This document shows positions 39,301 through 48,981 of a stretch of 58,165 nucleotides of DNA, in pieces (position 1 is the first letter of the stretch; every line of letters begins with the position of its first letter). Location of the stretch: the IMG/VR virus record IMGVR_UViG_3300031669_000034, positions 1 to 58,165 of that record; one strand, written 5' to 3'. Below the pieces are notes generated by a model, which worked only from the letters and a program-made list of their open reading frames with translations, ran no database searches and was not told where the DNA came from. Both the position numbers and the translations under genes were made by a program. This DNA is from a virus. Taxonomy: Duplodnaviria > Caudoviricetes.

Positions 39301-39942
39301 TTAAAAGGGATGAAGGCATTTGTTAAGAATGTTGAGGAAGGGACCTTAGCAGATAAAGCTATAGAAGGTGTCAAAAAAGGAGAGAAAAAGAAAACTCTCG
39401 ACGAGTACAATAAAAAAGCCAGAGAGGGAGAAGCAGGTAGTTCATCAGATAGGTATCGTACTGTTAATCGACTGGCAATGGAACCAGAGGCAGAATATCG
39501 AAAACGTAAAAAGATAGGAATGAATATAGCTCTTGGAACTCTTGGTGCAAGTGCTGGTACGTGGAATAATGGTGTTTTAACCAGAGCTAGAATTGACGAT
39601 GTTTGGTACGAAGTCTTTCTTGATAGTCAGGGTGGACTAAAAGACTTACTCTTATCATCAGATCAAACTGGAACAAAACTTGGTCAAAAACTAGCTGATG
39701 AAGAAAAATCAAAACGACAGGCGGCGGCTGCTGGATTGGAGAATCAAACGAGTGCCTTAAAAGATAAAATGGGTGAGGCCACCGCAGCATCAGTAAATGC
39801 AACAAATGTATCTAGTAAAAATATAACATCTAATACTAATAATATTTCAAGTAGTCAAGGCGGCGGTAGAGATGCTGGAAGCAGAGGGTTTGGGTCTGGC
39901 TATGGATATGCATCTGATGTTGAAAGATGTAACATCAGTTAA
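36388..39942 (+). CDS. Tape-measure-like protein
   Basis: 1184 aa, Ala/Gly/Lys-rich, periodic W/F amphipathic repeats, glycine-zipper segment, MAAGGYV..VHAGEVV motif. Confidence 0.75.
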   Translation: MPDPKLPRGTDLLMKQSKETASDRAKRINSLHTHVDKVITARNRENLQLSKETDSLGHQREILRRELNYARSDISNELSKDYNKVVKSLGSTIQQMSIGMKNISISTARATTNAISQYGKAIGQDININKTNTVVMALAQATPLFGYFAAKFMETDVFQNAAKRIKDKIGGAMVAGMAMAGRKISGMFGRDTPHEKMAKREREIGAISSEISSLKKEIQGSVPKMAAGGYVKKGGVVQVHAGEVVAPIGSIVKEIMSNMTDSKQRAWQDQMLKALTDLKLVQIGTSSRLRLGLQRTIMENPAMRGMLMFAEGFKTVLGAPIKWLFGARGGYLSDVKRATSTSNVFLKVANLLGVLYTTAMPKLDAIAKYTRVSATVAAGYEPSPPMMDKYTMFQKVKGILKGKGKGKGLKGKGMDTILRMVGVSDDEIAEFRKEGGLKGMFGLAKQGAEAAKPSLEKGVGVGKGMAGDAAETTSSYFKQMTEYLKDLTKMKGDQEEREKPHSPSWVEYIGQTFHTTKERVKQGVIQLGLAETAKKHVDSATKYAKKHYERAKNRGEKQFEEIKKNRKANEQQTSFLGRMAKRAKGMKDWIWKIAMFAFTMFQNAISMGVRMLGWLLAPILTQLGIRGLFQKGGPGFISHAGKGVKALGGKAKQAGKFAGKTGRVARMAGPKAAGKFAAKGVGRAAKSGGKFVGKLGLNAAKVGGKAVIGLGAAISVGEMGWDAYSVMRDPQGFAGDTITRGFSAFIGGRDSGASGALSGAMKGGSIGAIAGSFIPIPIVGSMIGGAIGALAGGILGFIGGKRISKALDFVVAPIKKLGKAIWRIVTFPFKMIGEVVKFFKRFVTETETGKKIWKKVKFWAPKVMLPPLMMIWALKKAVGLIKTGTSKIWDKIKDTFVGKALTAIWDVVSWPTRKLIKLAGWIGGKFAEVWDTLKAGFMKLVGMFQAIPQALKDFNDWIYKKILGIPFIGKFLKGMKAFVKNVEEGTLADKAIEGVKKGEKKKTLDEYNKKAREGEAGSSSDRYRTVNRLAMEPEAEYRKRKKIGMNIALGTLGASAGTWNNGVLTRARIDDVWYEVFLDSQGGLKDLLLSSDQTGTKLGQKLADEEKSKRQAAAAGLENQTSALKDKMGEATAASVNATNVSSKNITSNTNNISSSQGGGRDAGSRGFGSGYGYASDVERCNIS

Positions 39943-39953
39943 TAGGAGAAAAT

Positions 39954-41318
39954 ATGGCAGATATAGGGTTAGGAAATGAGCGAGCGGATAGCAACTTAAC
40001 AATGAGTTTAAGTCCATTCATGGACGCATTTGGAATGCCTCCATCATCTTATGTTAGTGATGATATGATTAGAAATAGTATGCCAATTATCGAGTTCTGG
40101 CCTGCTGAACCGCATTTTGCTACTGGATTATCTCTTTTTACATTAGATGAAAGCAAAGGAAAAACTGCATATCTAAAAATTCTAAAGAACCTTGGATTCG
40201 CTACAACGATTCCAATAAGAGCTGCATTTATTGCTGATAATTTTCCAACTGATACATTTTCAAATGAATATACTGAAACCTTCTTACAAAAATTTACTGA
40301 TGTTGCTTCTTCTGCTCTCAGTCAGATAGTTCAATTGTCTGGACAAAAAAATGCTAGTAACGCTTTCATAGAATATGCTGGCGAGGTGGCAAAGGCTGGT
40401 GAAAGTATGGGTGGGGCCACGGGAGGCGTACTTAAATCAGGCGCTGAAGCCGGTGTTAATATGGCACAAAATTTAAATAAGTATTTAGAAGGTAGCGGTG
40501 CAGATGATGGAGCAATGGGAAAAATGCTTCGCGGTGGTAGTGGTTTAGTAAATAAAATGCTAGCAGGTCATAGAATTGATTTTCCGCAAATCTGGTCGAA
40601 CAGTGGTTTTACTCCATCATATAGCGTAACAATAAGACTATTCAATCCATTACCAGGAAGTACTCAATCAACTAAAAGGTTTATTGCTGGACCTATTGCT
40701 TGTTTTCTAGCTTTAGCAACCCCAAGAACAGATAATGGCAATTCATATAGATGGCCTTTCTACCAAAGAATTAAGGTTGCTGGACTATATGAATTAGCAC
40801 CAGCTGCTATAACTAATATCACAATTGTAAAAGGTGGGGATCAACAACAAATTGCATTTAATCAAAATTTAGGGATATGCGATGTAAGAATTGATTTTCA
40901 AGCTCTTCATAGAAGTATGTTATTAGAAGAAGAACCATCTGGAAAATTTGATCAACGACCAACAGTGAGAAAATATATAGATGAGTTAACAACACATCAG
41001 GGAAGTACATTTGTTAGAAGAGATAAAATGAATGAAAATATTTCTAAAATAGTAGGTGTGAGTAGTTCACCAGCTGTTAGTTTTCCAGATGAAAGAGAAT
41101 CTTTTCAAGTTCAAAAAAATAAAGCATCTCAAGCAAGACAAATACAAGTAGCGACTTTAGAACCTGTTGGTACCAGAACTTCAACAGGAGACAAATTAAA
41201 ACAAAGAGCTTTGGAACGTGAAAGCGATCCAAACTTTGTACCACCGAGAATTCCAGGAACTTCATTATCATCAACAAATATATCTGCTATACTAAAAGCA
41301 ACAGTATCCGAGGGTTAA
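39954..41318 (+). CDS. Probable baseplate/tail-tube initiator protein (T4 gp48/gp54-like)
   Basis: Follows the tape measure gene; tube-like pattern PSYSVTIRL...AAITNITI...DVRIDF. Confidence 0.5.
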   Translation: MADIGLGNERADSNLTMSLSPFMDAFGMPPSSYVSDDMIRNSMPIIEFWPAEPHFATGLSLFTLDESKGKTAYLKILKNLGFATTIPIRAAFIADNFPTDTFSNEYTETFLQKFTDVASSALSQIVQLSGQKNASNAFIEYAGEVAKAGESMGGATGGVLKSGAEAGVNMAQNLNKYLEGSGADDGAMGKMLRGGSGLVNKMLAGHRIDFPQIWSNSGFTPSYSVTIRLFNPLPGSTQSTKRFIAGPIACFLALATPRTDNGNSYRWPFYQRIKVAGLYELAPAAITNITIVKGGDQQQIAFNQNLGICDVRIDFQALHRSMLLEEEPSGKFDQRPTVRKYIDELTTHQGSTFVRRDKMNENISKIVGVSSSPAVSFPDERESFQVQKNKASQARQIQVATLEPVGTRTSTGDKLKQRALERESDPNFVPPRIPGTSLSSTNISAILKATVSEG

Positions 41319-42433
41319 CAAACAGTATTCTTAAATACCATCGTTAAATAGTAGGCGAGAAATAAATTATGAAGAAATTGTGTTTGAGAGGTTAATTCGT
41401 TATACTTCTTATTATAACCAATTTCTTTGAGAATATCAAGAAGTAAAATATTGATTTGCTGTTTGAAATATATTTTCATTCTAGTTCTTTTTATTGACAT
41501 TAACTTTCTAACAAAAGGATAAAACTGCTTCCCACATAGAGAATCCGAATTTTGTAAGTCTTTCACATACAATCTATAGATAGTTCTTAACTTATCAACA
41601 TATTTAGTATTGTTTAGTTTATTAACTATTTGTGTCGCAAGAGCACTGCTAATTCTAGCTTCCTTTCTGGATTCCATCATCGCATTGTGGTCAACGTGTT
41701 TGTAAACAGTAATTTTTTGAACAACTTTATCTATTAATCTAGTACCAGTTTCTTGTGATACATTCTGAAATGCATTTTCATTATCTTCATCGTCTGTTGG
41801 TATTACTTCAGTTTTAAGACCAACTCCTTCCTTGGCAGCTTTATGATATGTACTAGCAAAACTTCTCATGCTTTGTTCAAGTCTATTACGACTCTCTTGC
41901 ATAAATTTAGATACTTCATCAAGATCATTTTTTTCTAAACCACTAGTCCATCTTCTTATCATTTCATCAGATAAGAAAAATAAAGCATTTGGAATTGTTT
42001 TTTCTCTAGAAAACAGATGTGTTCTAGTTAGAGTTTCTAATGCATATTTAAATGCATCATCAATACAATATGGAAAGTATTTATGCATTAAGTTTGCATA
42101 ATGTCGGATAATATAAAAAATCATCAAGTTTCGGTATCCAATCTTATCTCTCTTTTTTATATAATGTTGCATAAGAAAAACATAAAAATTAGCGATTGGA
42201 TCCATATGCGCCATAAATTTAGCTTCTTTTCTCCCCGCCCATCTTCTTTTCGTAAATGCTTTTATTTCCTTTTCAGTTAACCCAGATAATCTAACCATCT
42301 CATAATAATGTTTTTTAACTTCAGGATACACGCAGGGTTCAGAAAGCGAACTTAAATTATGAGATATAGAATTCACAATAATTCGTTTTAATCTTGAGTC
42401 ATCTATTTTGAGTTGTTGTAATAGCTCATCCAT
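41315..42433 (-). CDS. Hypothetical basic helical protein
   Basis: 372-aa ORF; last gene of the minus-strand structural operon. Confidence 0.65.
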   Translation of the reverse strand: MDELLQQLKIDDSRLKRIIVNSISHNLSSLSEPCVYPEVKKHYYEMVRLSGLTEKEIKAFTKRRWAGRKEAKFMAHMDPIANFYVFLMQHYIKKRDKIGYRNLMIFYIIRHYANLMHKYFPYCIDDAFKYALETLTRTHLFSREKTIPNALFFLSDEMIRRWTSGLEKNDLDEVSKFMQESRNRLEQSMRSFASTYHKAAKEGVGLKTEVIPTDDEDNENAFQNVSQETGTRLIDKVVQKITVYKHVDHNAMMESRKEARISSALATQIVNKLNNTKYVDKLRTIYRLYVKDLQNSDSLCGKQFYPFVRKLMSIKRTRMKIYFKQQINILLLDILKEIGYNKKYNELTSQTQFLHNLFLAYYLTMVFKNTVC

Positions 42434-42434
42434 A

Positions 42435-44909
42435 TTATATCACCCTAACTATAATTTCATCTTGTATAAAATATACATATTCAGGTCCATATTTTAATAA
42501 CTGATCTTGTGTCAAATCTTTTAACTGGAAATTAAAATAAATACTTGTAACAGGTTGTTTAAGAGTACAGTGACTAACACCATCAATATTCTGCACTACA
42601 TCAATAATTTCTGAACGGAATATCTCTATATTGGTTCCAAACCTATCAACAAACGCATCATAGACCGTTTCTTGTACTGATGAAATAAGTGATGAAAGAG
42701 TTCCACTATAAGTACTTGATCTAAATACTTCAAGTTCAATAATCAAAGGACAAGTATAAACTGGTAATGGAATCCACCCTCTAACTGAATAAGTATACTT
42801 TTCACCTTTATTAGTAATATAAGCAATACTATCAGAAACAGGTTGAGAATGTGTAAATATAAGTGCTGTGGCATCGACGCATTTAGCAATATAATCCGCA
42901 TTACCACATTCTGCACCAGTAATAATATAACGATCATCCAAATTACATGAAGTAGGTAAGATAGGAAGAATGTCAACTATGTCGGAAATGGTTGGTACAT
43001 TTAATAACATATTAAGCAACGGACCATAAGTATTTGTGAATTTAGTATTTGAAAAATCTGTAAGCATTCTATAATCATTTAAATCCATAGTACTAATTAA
43101 TTTTTGCATAACCTCAAGCTCAAATGCTCTCTGATCTATACCATCATAATACTCTGATAGTATCACCGGAACGTCATAAACGTAAGTTGCTGTGCTATCA
43201 AAATCTACATTCGATCTCATAAAGTCAGATAGATCATCTCTGAATGTAACCTTATTAGAATATGTTACAACTGGATCACCTAAGGGGTCGCTAATTGTAA
43301 ACTCGTAAGTCTGCTCACCTGAGGGTATATCAGTATAAGGATCAAACGTATATACAAAGTAACTTGCTGATGAATCATTTGTCATATATTTTGTGGATCC
43401 ACTTGATACAGTAACCATCTTGGCACTTGCAAGATCCATATCAGGTTCATCGCCTTTATAATGTAATTTAAATATACCTTCTGTTCCGTCTCTTATAACC
43501 TCAATAAGATCAGCATAAATATCATAATCAGTTGGATAACTTGTCTCAATTGCAGGTATTAATGAAACTTCATAAATAACATAGTCATAATAACCAACAG
43601 AATTTAAATAATCAATTCTGATTTCAAAAAGAGTTAAATAATCATTGCCATCTATTGTTATTGTAGTATCTCTTGATATTCCAGTTGCACCAGCAGGAAG
43701 TGTAAAAAATACATTGCGAGTTGGGACTAAATTGGATGTTTCCGTGACACTAGAACCAAAAAGTATACCACTGAATAGAGATATTTCATTGACTTGAAGA
43801 TCTGATCTCTTTAAAACAGGAAGAGCATTTTGTGCCAAAGGAGAATCGGGAACAATAACATTGATAACTGTATAGTCATTTTCAGTTACTAACCTATTAA
43901 GAGCAGTCAAAGCATCAATAGAATTTCTTCTAACTTCTTCTAAAGATTCTTCATCGGCACCACCGAACGCAGAAGAAGTATTGGTAACTTCATAATTAAC
44001 AACCTGAGTCAATCCAGCTAAATTAGTTAAATATATTCTGTCTCCGCTTCTTATTGAACCAGGAATAACGTTTCCGGCCTCTCCTTGAGTTACTTGAGAT
44101 GTAACCAAAACACTTGATCCGGGGTCTGGTTGAACTCCGACCAAACCATTTCCAAATGTCAATCTTCTTCCAACATCAGTTCGCCTAGAAACATAACCTT
44201 CATCTGTATCGCTCATTAAGAATAGACTTTCAAATTCTGACCAAATTGAATATCCAGCGCTGCCTGGTTCTTTAATTTGAACTTCTAAACCAGAAACTTG
44301 GCCATTAATAGGAACATCTAATGTTATAAATTGAAAAGATAATATATCACTATCAATTTGGAACTCTTGATTTACTTCTTGAAGTTGTCTAATGGGCAAA
44401 ACAAAACTAAACTCTTCTAAACTAATACTTACGGGTAAATTAAATCTTACGTTACCTTCTTTGACTTCAATTTTAACTGAAGCATTATTTGTGACTGTAA
44501 TTGTTGTTATATAATAAGTACGAAAAATAATTGATCCATCAGCTGTAAACTTAAAATTTTCCGGTATAATAAATTGGGTGATTGGATCATCAAACCCAAA
44601 AGGTATTGTAATTAAAATATCCGCTGTTGCTGCTGTAGCTTCTCTAGTATTATAACCGAGAAAAGCAGAAAGATTTAAAATTGATTCTGGCAATTGTGCT
44701 TTAGTTAAGAAAAATTCTCTATATGCTGATAGTTGATAAAATAGAAGATTAGCGGTCAATGTAGATAATGTATCAATCATAAAACTTAAAAATGATGATT
44801 TCGTAAGATCCACATTTTCTAGTTCTAAGTATAATTTAGCTCTCTCAGTTATCTGTTCTCTAATAGAATCTCTAGATAAGTATATCTGACTTGACAGTGT
44901 TTCAGCCAT
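42435..44909 (-). CDS. Baseplate wedge protein (T4 gp6/baseplate J-like)
   Basis: FLTKAQLPESI..L..FLGY, FGNGLVG..P, GEAGNV, GGADEESLEEVR, RLVTENDY. Confidence 0.85.
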   Translation of the reverse strand: MAETLSSQIYLSRDSIREQITERAKLYLELENVDLTKSSFLSFMIDTLSTLTANLLFYQLSAYREFFLTKAQLPESILNLSAFLGYNTREATAATADILITIPFGFDDPITQFIIPENFKFTADGSIIFRTYYITTITVTNNASVKIEVKEGNVRFNLPVSISLEEFSFVLPIRQLQEVNQEFQIDSDILSFQFITLDVPINGQVSGLEVQIKEPGSAGYSIWSEFESLFLMSDTDEGYVSRRTDVGRRLTFGNGLVGVQPDPGSSVLVTSQVTQGEAGNVIPGSIRSGDRIYLTNLAGLTQVVNYEVTNTSSAFGGADEESLEEVRRNSIDALTALNRLVTENDYTVINVIVPDSPLAQNALPVLKRSDLQVNEISLFSGILFGSSVTETSNLVPTRNVFFTLPAGATGISRDTTITIDGNDYLTLFEIRIDYLNSVGYYDYVIYEVSLIPAIETSYPTDYDIYADLIEVIRDGTEGIFKLHYKGDEPDMDLASAKMVTVSSGSTKYMTNDSSASYFVYTFDPYTDIPSGEQTYEFTISDPLGDPVVTYSNKVTFRDDLSDFMRSNVDFDSTATYVYDVPVILSEYYDGIDQRAFELEVMQKLISTMDLNDYRMLTDFSNTKFTNTYGPLLNMLLNVPTISDIVDILPILPTSCNLDDRYIITGAECGNADYIAKCVDATALIFTHSQPVSDSIAYITNKGEKYTYSVRGWIPLPVYTCPLIIELEVFRSSTYSGTLSSLISSVQETVYDAFVDRFGTNIEIFRSEIIDVVQNIDGVSHCTLKQPVTSIYFNFQLKDLTQDQLLKYGPEYVYFIQDEIIVRVI

Positions 44910-44921
44910 TCTTTATCTCCC

Positions 44922-45593
44922 TTAACAAGACACTGGTTGCCTTGGTGTATAATAAAACCCTACTCTTTCGTCATGTAAATTTTTTAGAGTTGGTCGCAAG
45001 TTTGAATCCTTTACTAATAATCTTGCCATAAATTCAGCATCGTATAATGTATGAATTTTTTTGTCGTATTCCACATATGAATATATATTCTCAACTTGCG
45101 CATCTACAGAAGCCAAGGTTTCGCTTTGGAAGGTTTCAACTTTTAATTTCCAATATCTACGATCCGTATTAGCAGAAATTTCAACTCCCGAAACAACATA
45201 TAGAGGATAAACATCATTTGTCGGTCTTAAATAATGTTGTTCTACTTTAATAATATCTTGTGGATAAGGAATGAAACCATGTGTACTAGGAATTACAAAT
45301 GTAGTTTCATTGTCTTTATTATATCCAGTTTCTTCAGCATCAAACGCTGTTACTACTTGATCGACATAATAAACCGGTAGAACTAAAATTTTATTTCTTT
45401 TGATTCCTGATAAATCACCCGTCCATTCATACGGACCGCCAAAAATATTTTCATCTTCCCAAATTGTTTTTGGAATATTCATATTGTAATAAGTTACCAA
45501 AAATCTGACAACATCTTCCGCATAAAAATCATAAACCAGTTTTTGATACTCATGAACATAGAAGTATAATCTCTCATATTTTTGAGTTGACAT
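44922..45593 (-). CDS. Probable virion structural protein
   Basis: Position in the baseplate operon; beta-rich with PYPQD motif. Confidence 0.45.
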   Translation of the reverse strand: MSTQKYERLYFYVHEYQKLVYDFYAEDVVRFLVTYYNMNIPKTIWEDENIFGGPYEWTGDLSGIKRNKILVLPVYYVDQVVTAFDAEETGYNKDNETTFVIPSTHGFIPYPQDIIKVEQHYLRPTNDVYPLYVVSGVEISANTDRRYWKLKVETFQSETLASVDAQVENIYSYVEYDKKIHTLYDAEFMARLLVKDSNLRPTLKNLHDERVGFYYTPRQPVSC

Positions 45594-46732
45594 TATCTAA
45601 TACCTTTTTTCCTTTTATAAGTATCAAGTCTAATTTTAGCTTCAATCTCTTTAAGTTTCCATTTTCTAACAAGTTTACGAAGTTTCTCCTCACATTTTAT
45701 TACACCCTTCTTTTTGCCAGAACATTTTCTTCTTTCACCTTCAATATAACTTATTGTCCATTGAATTCCCATAAGTTTACATCGTTTGTGACAATAAACT
45801 TTATCTTCTTCATTTTTTAATTTAGCGCATTTAACTGCACACTTATATATATTTGCATCAGTTAAATGAACCATTGCTAAAACTAAACCAGGCAATGGAA
45901 TAACTGCAGCTGCTGTTACAAGACCAACTGATAGTATTTTTTGAGTAATTGGTTTAGTCTTTGGAGCTTTCAGTTCTTCTTCAATTACTTTTTTTTTAAC
46001 ACTATTATATAGATATAAATGCTCTTTGAATGTTAATCTGGTTCTCACTTCTTCACTCTCAGATATTAATTTAGCAAGTCTTGAAGTTGAAATATTGGCG
46101 CTATCTGACAATGCGTTTGCTCTTTTACTAAGTTCTTTGCCTCTTATTTTACGTACTTTTTGAACTTGACCTGCTTTAACAGCTCTCAATTTTATCAGTA
46201 ATTCTTGAAGTTTTTTGCTCCATCTTATATACTGCTTCATTAATTTCTTTTCACATTTTGGAGGATTAGTAAATTGTCTACATTTTGCTATTTCAGATCT
46301 GAGCTCATTTACAAGTTGCCGAGCAGCATCAACTTTACATTCAAGTTTACACGCATCCCTTTTCGCAGACATCGGCATAGTTCTAAAGCATGCTCTTTCA
46401 CATGGGTCTGTTGCTTTTCTGAATAAATATAAAGCAAACATAGCAAGACCGGGAGCTTTGAGTAAACCAACTTTTAACCCTGCTGCTTTAAGACCTAATG
46501 TTGCTCCGGCTACTCCAGCAAGTCCGTATTTTAAAAACTTAGAAAACTTACCTTCAAATTCTCTAATGTCTTCAGAGAATACTGTCGCTACACCTTCATA
46601 ATCCAAGGTCATTATTTCACCGCAAAGTTTAACATGCTCTTTAAATGTAAGATTTTCTTTAAGAAATTGATCCCCAATTGCAAACTCTAAAAGAAATTGT
46701 TTACCAACTTCAGTTATTAATTTTTTATCCAT
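45593..46732 (-). CDS. Two-repeat, Cys-rich basic protein, paralogous to 48475..48969
   Basis: Two copies of LTFKEH, a hydrophobic segment, CxxxC...CxxxC, coiled coil and KC-x8/9-CEx. Confidence 0.65.
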   Translation of the reverse strand: MDKKLITEVGKQFLLEFAIGDQFLKENLTFKEHVKLCGEIMTLDYEGVATVFSEDIREFEGKFSKFLKYGLAGVAGATLGLKAAGLKVGLLKAPGLAMFALYLFRKATDPCERACFRTMPMSAKRDACKLECKVDAARQLVNELRSEIAKCRQFTNPPKCEKKLMKQYIRWSKKLQELLIKLRAVKAGQVQKVRKIRGKELSKRANALSDSANISTSRLAKLISESEEVRTRLTFKEHLYLYNSVKKKVIEEELKAPKTKPITQKILSVGLVTAAAVIPLPGLVLAMVHLTDANIYKCAVKCAKLKNEEDKVYCHKRCKLMGIQWTISYIEGERRKCSGKKKGVIKCEEKLRKLVRKWKLKEIEAKIRLDTYKRKKGIR

Positions 46733-46744
46733 ATTAACTCCCTA

Positions 46745-47188
46745 TTAAACTATGTTTGGTACTTCAAAGAATTTGAAATACGAATTCTCATCAATAACAA
46801 CTTCAAGTTGTCCTTTCTCGCCTTGGTACTCAACATCTATAGCAACATTAAACCCTTTTAAATTTGTTGAAAATATTACATTAATATCTTTAATTATTGC
46901 CCTATTATCATATAAACTTAATGAGTTAACAACGTCATTAGTAATTTCGGCTAGTGTTGCATCATCGGTCGGTTCAAAAATCATTTTATAAAGATTGCTT
47001 CCATACTCTGGATCAAACTGATATGTTCTTTTTGGAGTAATTAGAATATTACTCCAGGATGCTATTATAACTTCAATGTCAGTAATTCTTTTAAAATCTC
47101 CTGAAACATCAATTTTTGACAAATAGTCCCCAATCTTTTTATTAGAACCAACAACTGTTTTTTTAAACCGAGTTAACAAATTTGACAT
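46745..47188 (-). CDS. Baseplate gp25/GPW-like protein
   Basis: NILITPK..FDPEYGSNL..MIFEP...YDNR. Confidence 0.85.
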   Translation of the reverse strand: MSNLLTRFKKTVVGSNKKIGDYLSKIDVSGDFKRITDIEVIIASWSNILITPKRTYQFDPEYGSNLYKMIFEPTDDATLAEITNDVVNSLSLYDNRAIIKDINVIFSTNLKGFNVAIDVEYQGEKGQLEVVIDENSYFKFFEVPNIV

Positions 47189-47199
47189 ATTTTCTAATC

Positions 47200-47424
47200 C
47201 TAAAATTTCTTATTTTTTAATTTTTGTGATTCTTCATCTATTTGTTTTTGTTTTTCTTCTTCTAGTTCTGCTTTCCATTTAAGATAGTCGTAGAACTTTT
47301 TAACTGGCATGGCCATCACCTGTACGTATGCCTGGTGACTTAATTCCATGCAAGCATAAACGTCCAGGGAAGAGGATTTCCTATAAATCTCGACAGCATC
47401 ATCTTTGCTATCACTCCGCCCCAT
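47200..47424 (-). CDS. Tail/baseplate assembly chaperone C-terminal part (T4 gp51-like or GT-type extension)
   Basis: VMAMPVKKFYDYL..K.E.EEE pattern; overlaps the upstream chaperone ORF; no clear RBS. Confidence 0.55.
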   Translation of the reverse strand: MGRSDSKDDAVEIYRKSSSLDVYACMELSHQAYVQVMAMPVKKFYDYLKWKAELEEEKQKQIDEESQKLKNKKF

Positions 47425-48205
47425 ATAATGAACGAAAAAAGTTTTCCACTAAGTCAATATCATGATCTTCATCAAAGCCACATGCTGGGCAATAACTTTT
47501 CATTTTTAATTTAACTCCAAATTGCCCAAATTGGTCATTATAAGCTCTGTAAATTTCTCGCTTGTCTTTAGCAGGTAATGTAAGATATGCATCAATAATA
47601 TCTGCCTTATCTTTATATACAACTGGTTCAGTTTTATCTGGGATATCTTCCTCAAAAGATTCAATGATAAGAGTTTCAGTTATTAAGTCCATTGTACTGT
47701 TTGGTCTTGAACTCAATGTCCTCATACTTGAAACTTCATCAAATAGGGTTGGTTGCTTAATCATCGCAATTACACCCGGAGATGCCGGCAACTCAACTTT
47801 TATTCTTGCTTTTAAAATATCAGCGCGAGGATATGATGTAAAATTGAATGTATCAGATGCTTTAACTGTAACTGGATATTGTTTAGAACATGACCCACAC
47901 TTGAGTTCATAGTTTCTAATCTCTTCATATGTAACATGATATAAACCATATAAGAGAGCATCCCTATCTTTTAATGTTACATTCCTTAAAAATGTATCAA
48001 GATTTTTAATTACGTCAGGTTTCTTAACTATAGAATCAAATAAACATTGATTTAAATGCTCTGCGATTTTTTGTGGAGAAATCATACTCCCTTTTAGTTT
48101 TTCTTCTTCTTGAACATTCAAACTTCGTAATGTGAATGAATGCTTTGTTTGAGGTGTTACTACTTCATACTCCGGGTACTTAATATTAAATCCTGTAAAT
48201 GTCAT
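47411..48205 (-). CDS. Baseplate hub assembly/tail chaperone protein (T4 gp26-like)
   Basis: PEYEVVTP, LRSLNVQEEEKL, CGSC, CPAC, C-terminal NFF. Confidence 0.75.
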   Translation of the reverse strand: MTFTGFNIKYPEYEVVTPQTKHSFTLRSLNVQEEEKLKGSMISPQKIAEHLNQCLFDSIVKKPDVIKNLDTFLRNVTLKDRDALLYGLYHVTYEEIRNYELKCGSCSKQYPVTVKASDTFNFTSYPRADILKARIKVELPASPGVIAMIKQPTLFDEVSSMRTLSSRPNSTMDLITETLIIESFEEDIPDKTEPVVYKDKADIIDAYLTLPAKDKREIYRAYNDQFGQFGVKLKMKSYCPACGFDEDHDIDLVENFFRSLYGAE

Positions 48206-48248
48206 TCTGTTAATCTCCTTTCCTTTCGGATCTATTTAATACTTCTTT

Positions 48249-48461
48249 TTAAGATATTAAAGCAGTCCATCTATCATGTACAACTTGCTCTGCCAACTCA
48301 TCCAACTGTGTTACTTTTCCATCCATGATAAGAGCTTTTATTTGTGCATCGCTTGCATCATGTTCGATGAAATTCATCAGTTGAAGTTTTGCTGCTTTTG
48401 ATAGTCGAGAACCCGCAACTGATTCAGCAGCAAATAATTTTAGTTCTAAGTCTCTTCTCAT
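48249..48461 (-). CDS. Small protein paralogous to the N-terminus of 48475..48969
   Basis: SRLSKAAKLQLMNF...QIK...G versus SNLSKPAKLQLVNF...QIK...G. Confidence 0.65.
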   Translation of the reverse strand: MRRDLELKLFAAESVAGSRLSKAAKLQLMNFIEHDASDAQIKALIMDGKVTQLDELAEQVVHDRWTALIS

Positions 48462-48474
48462 TTTTGGCTCCTTG

Positions 48475-48969
48475 TTAAAGCATTTTTGATCTTATTTTTA
48501 TCAATTGTTTTTCAATAACTTTTATATTTTTAATAAATTTTTCACTACATTTTTTTGGATCAGCCGTTTGATTACATTTTCCAGCTTCCGTTTTAAGGAC
48601 AGTAATTTTTTGTTGATAAGCTCTCACTGTATAAACATTCATACACAGTTTCTTTTCTCTCCCTCTCTTTTCAGCACATGCTTTGGCTGCTTCTCCAAAG
48701 TATTTATTAAATGCTTTCATAGCTAACCCAATTGCTGCACCCCATACAATTGAAGAAGCATAGTAGGCAGCAATTGGAGCTACCTCTAATATAGAATCTA
48801 GCTCCAATTCCTGCTTCTGGGAAACATTACCAACTCTTCCCTCTACTACAAATAACTTAATCTGTGGTTCAGTTGCTTCTTTCAAAAAGTTAACCAGCTG
48901 TAATTTAGCTGGTTTACTAAGATTAGATTCATAAACCATCAAATAGGCAACTAATCTAAGGTTTATCAT
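48475..48969 (-). CDS. Cys-containing basic protein, candidate internal virion protein
   Basis: Hydrophobic segment followed by AAKAC...LC...KCNQTADPKKC coiled-coil hairpin. Confidence 0.6.
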   Translation of the reverse strand: MINLRLVAYLMVYESNLSKPAKLQLVNFLKEATEPQIKLFVVEGRVGNVSQKQELELDSILEVAPIAAYYASSIVWGAAIGLAMKAFNKYFGEAAKACAEKRGREKKLCMNVYTVRAYQQKITVLKTEAGKCNQTADPKKCSEKFIKNIKVIEKQLIKIRSKML

Positions 48970-48981
48970 ATTATAGAATCC

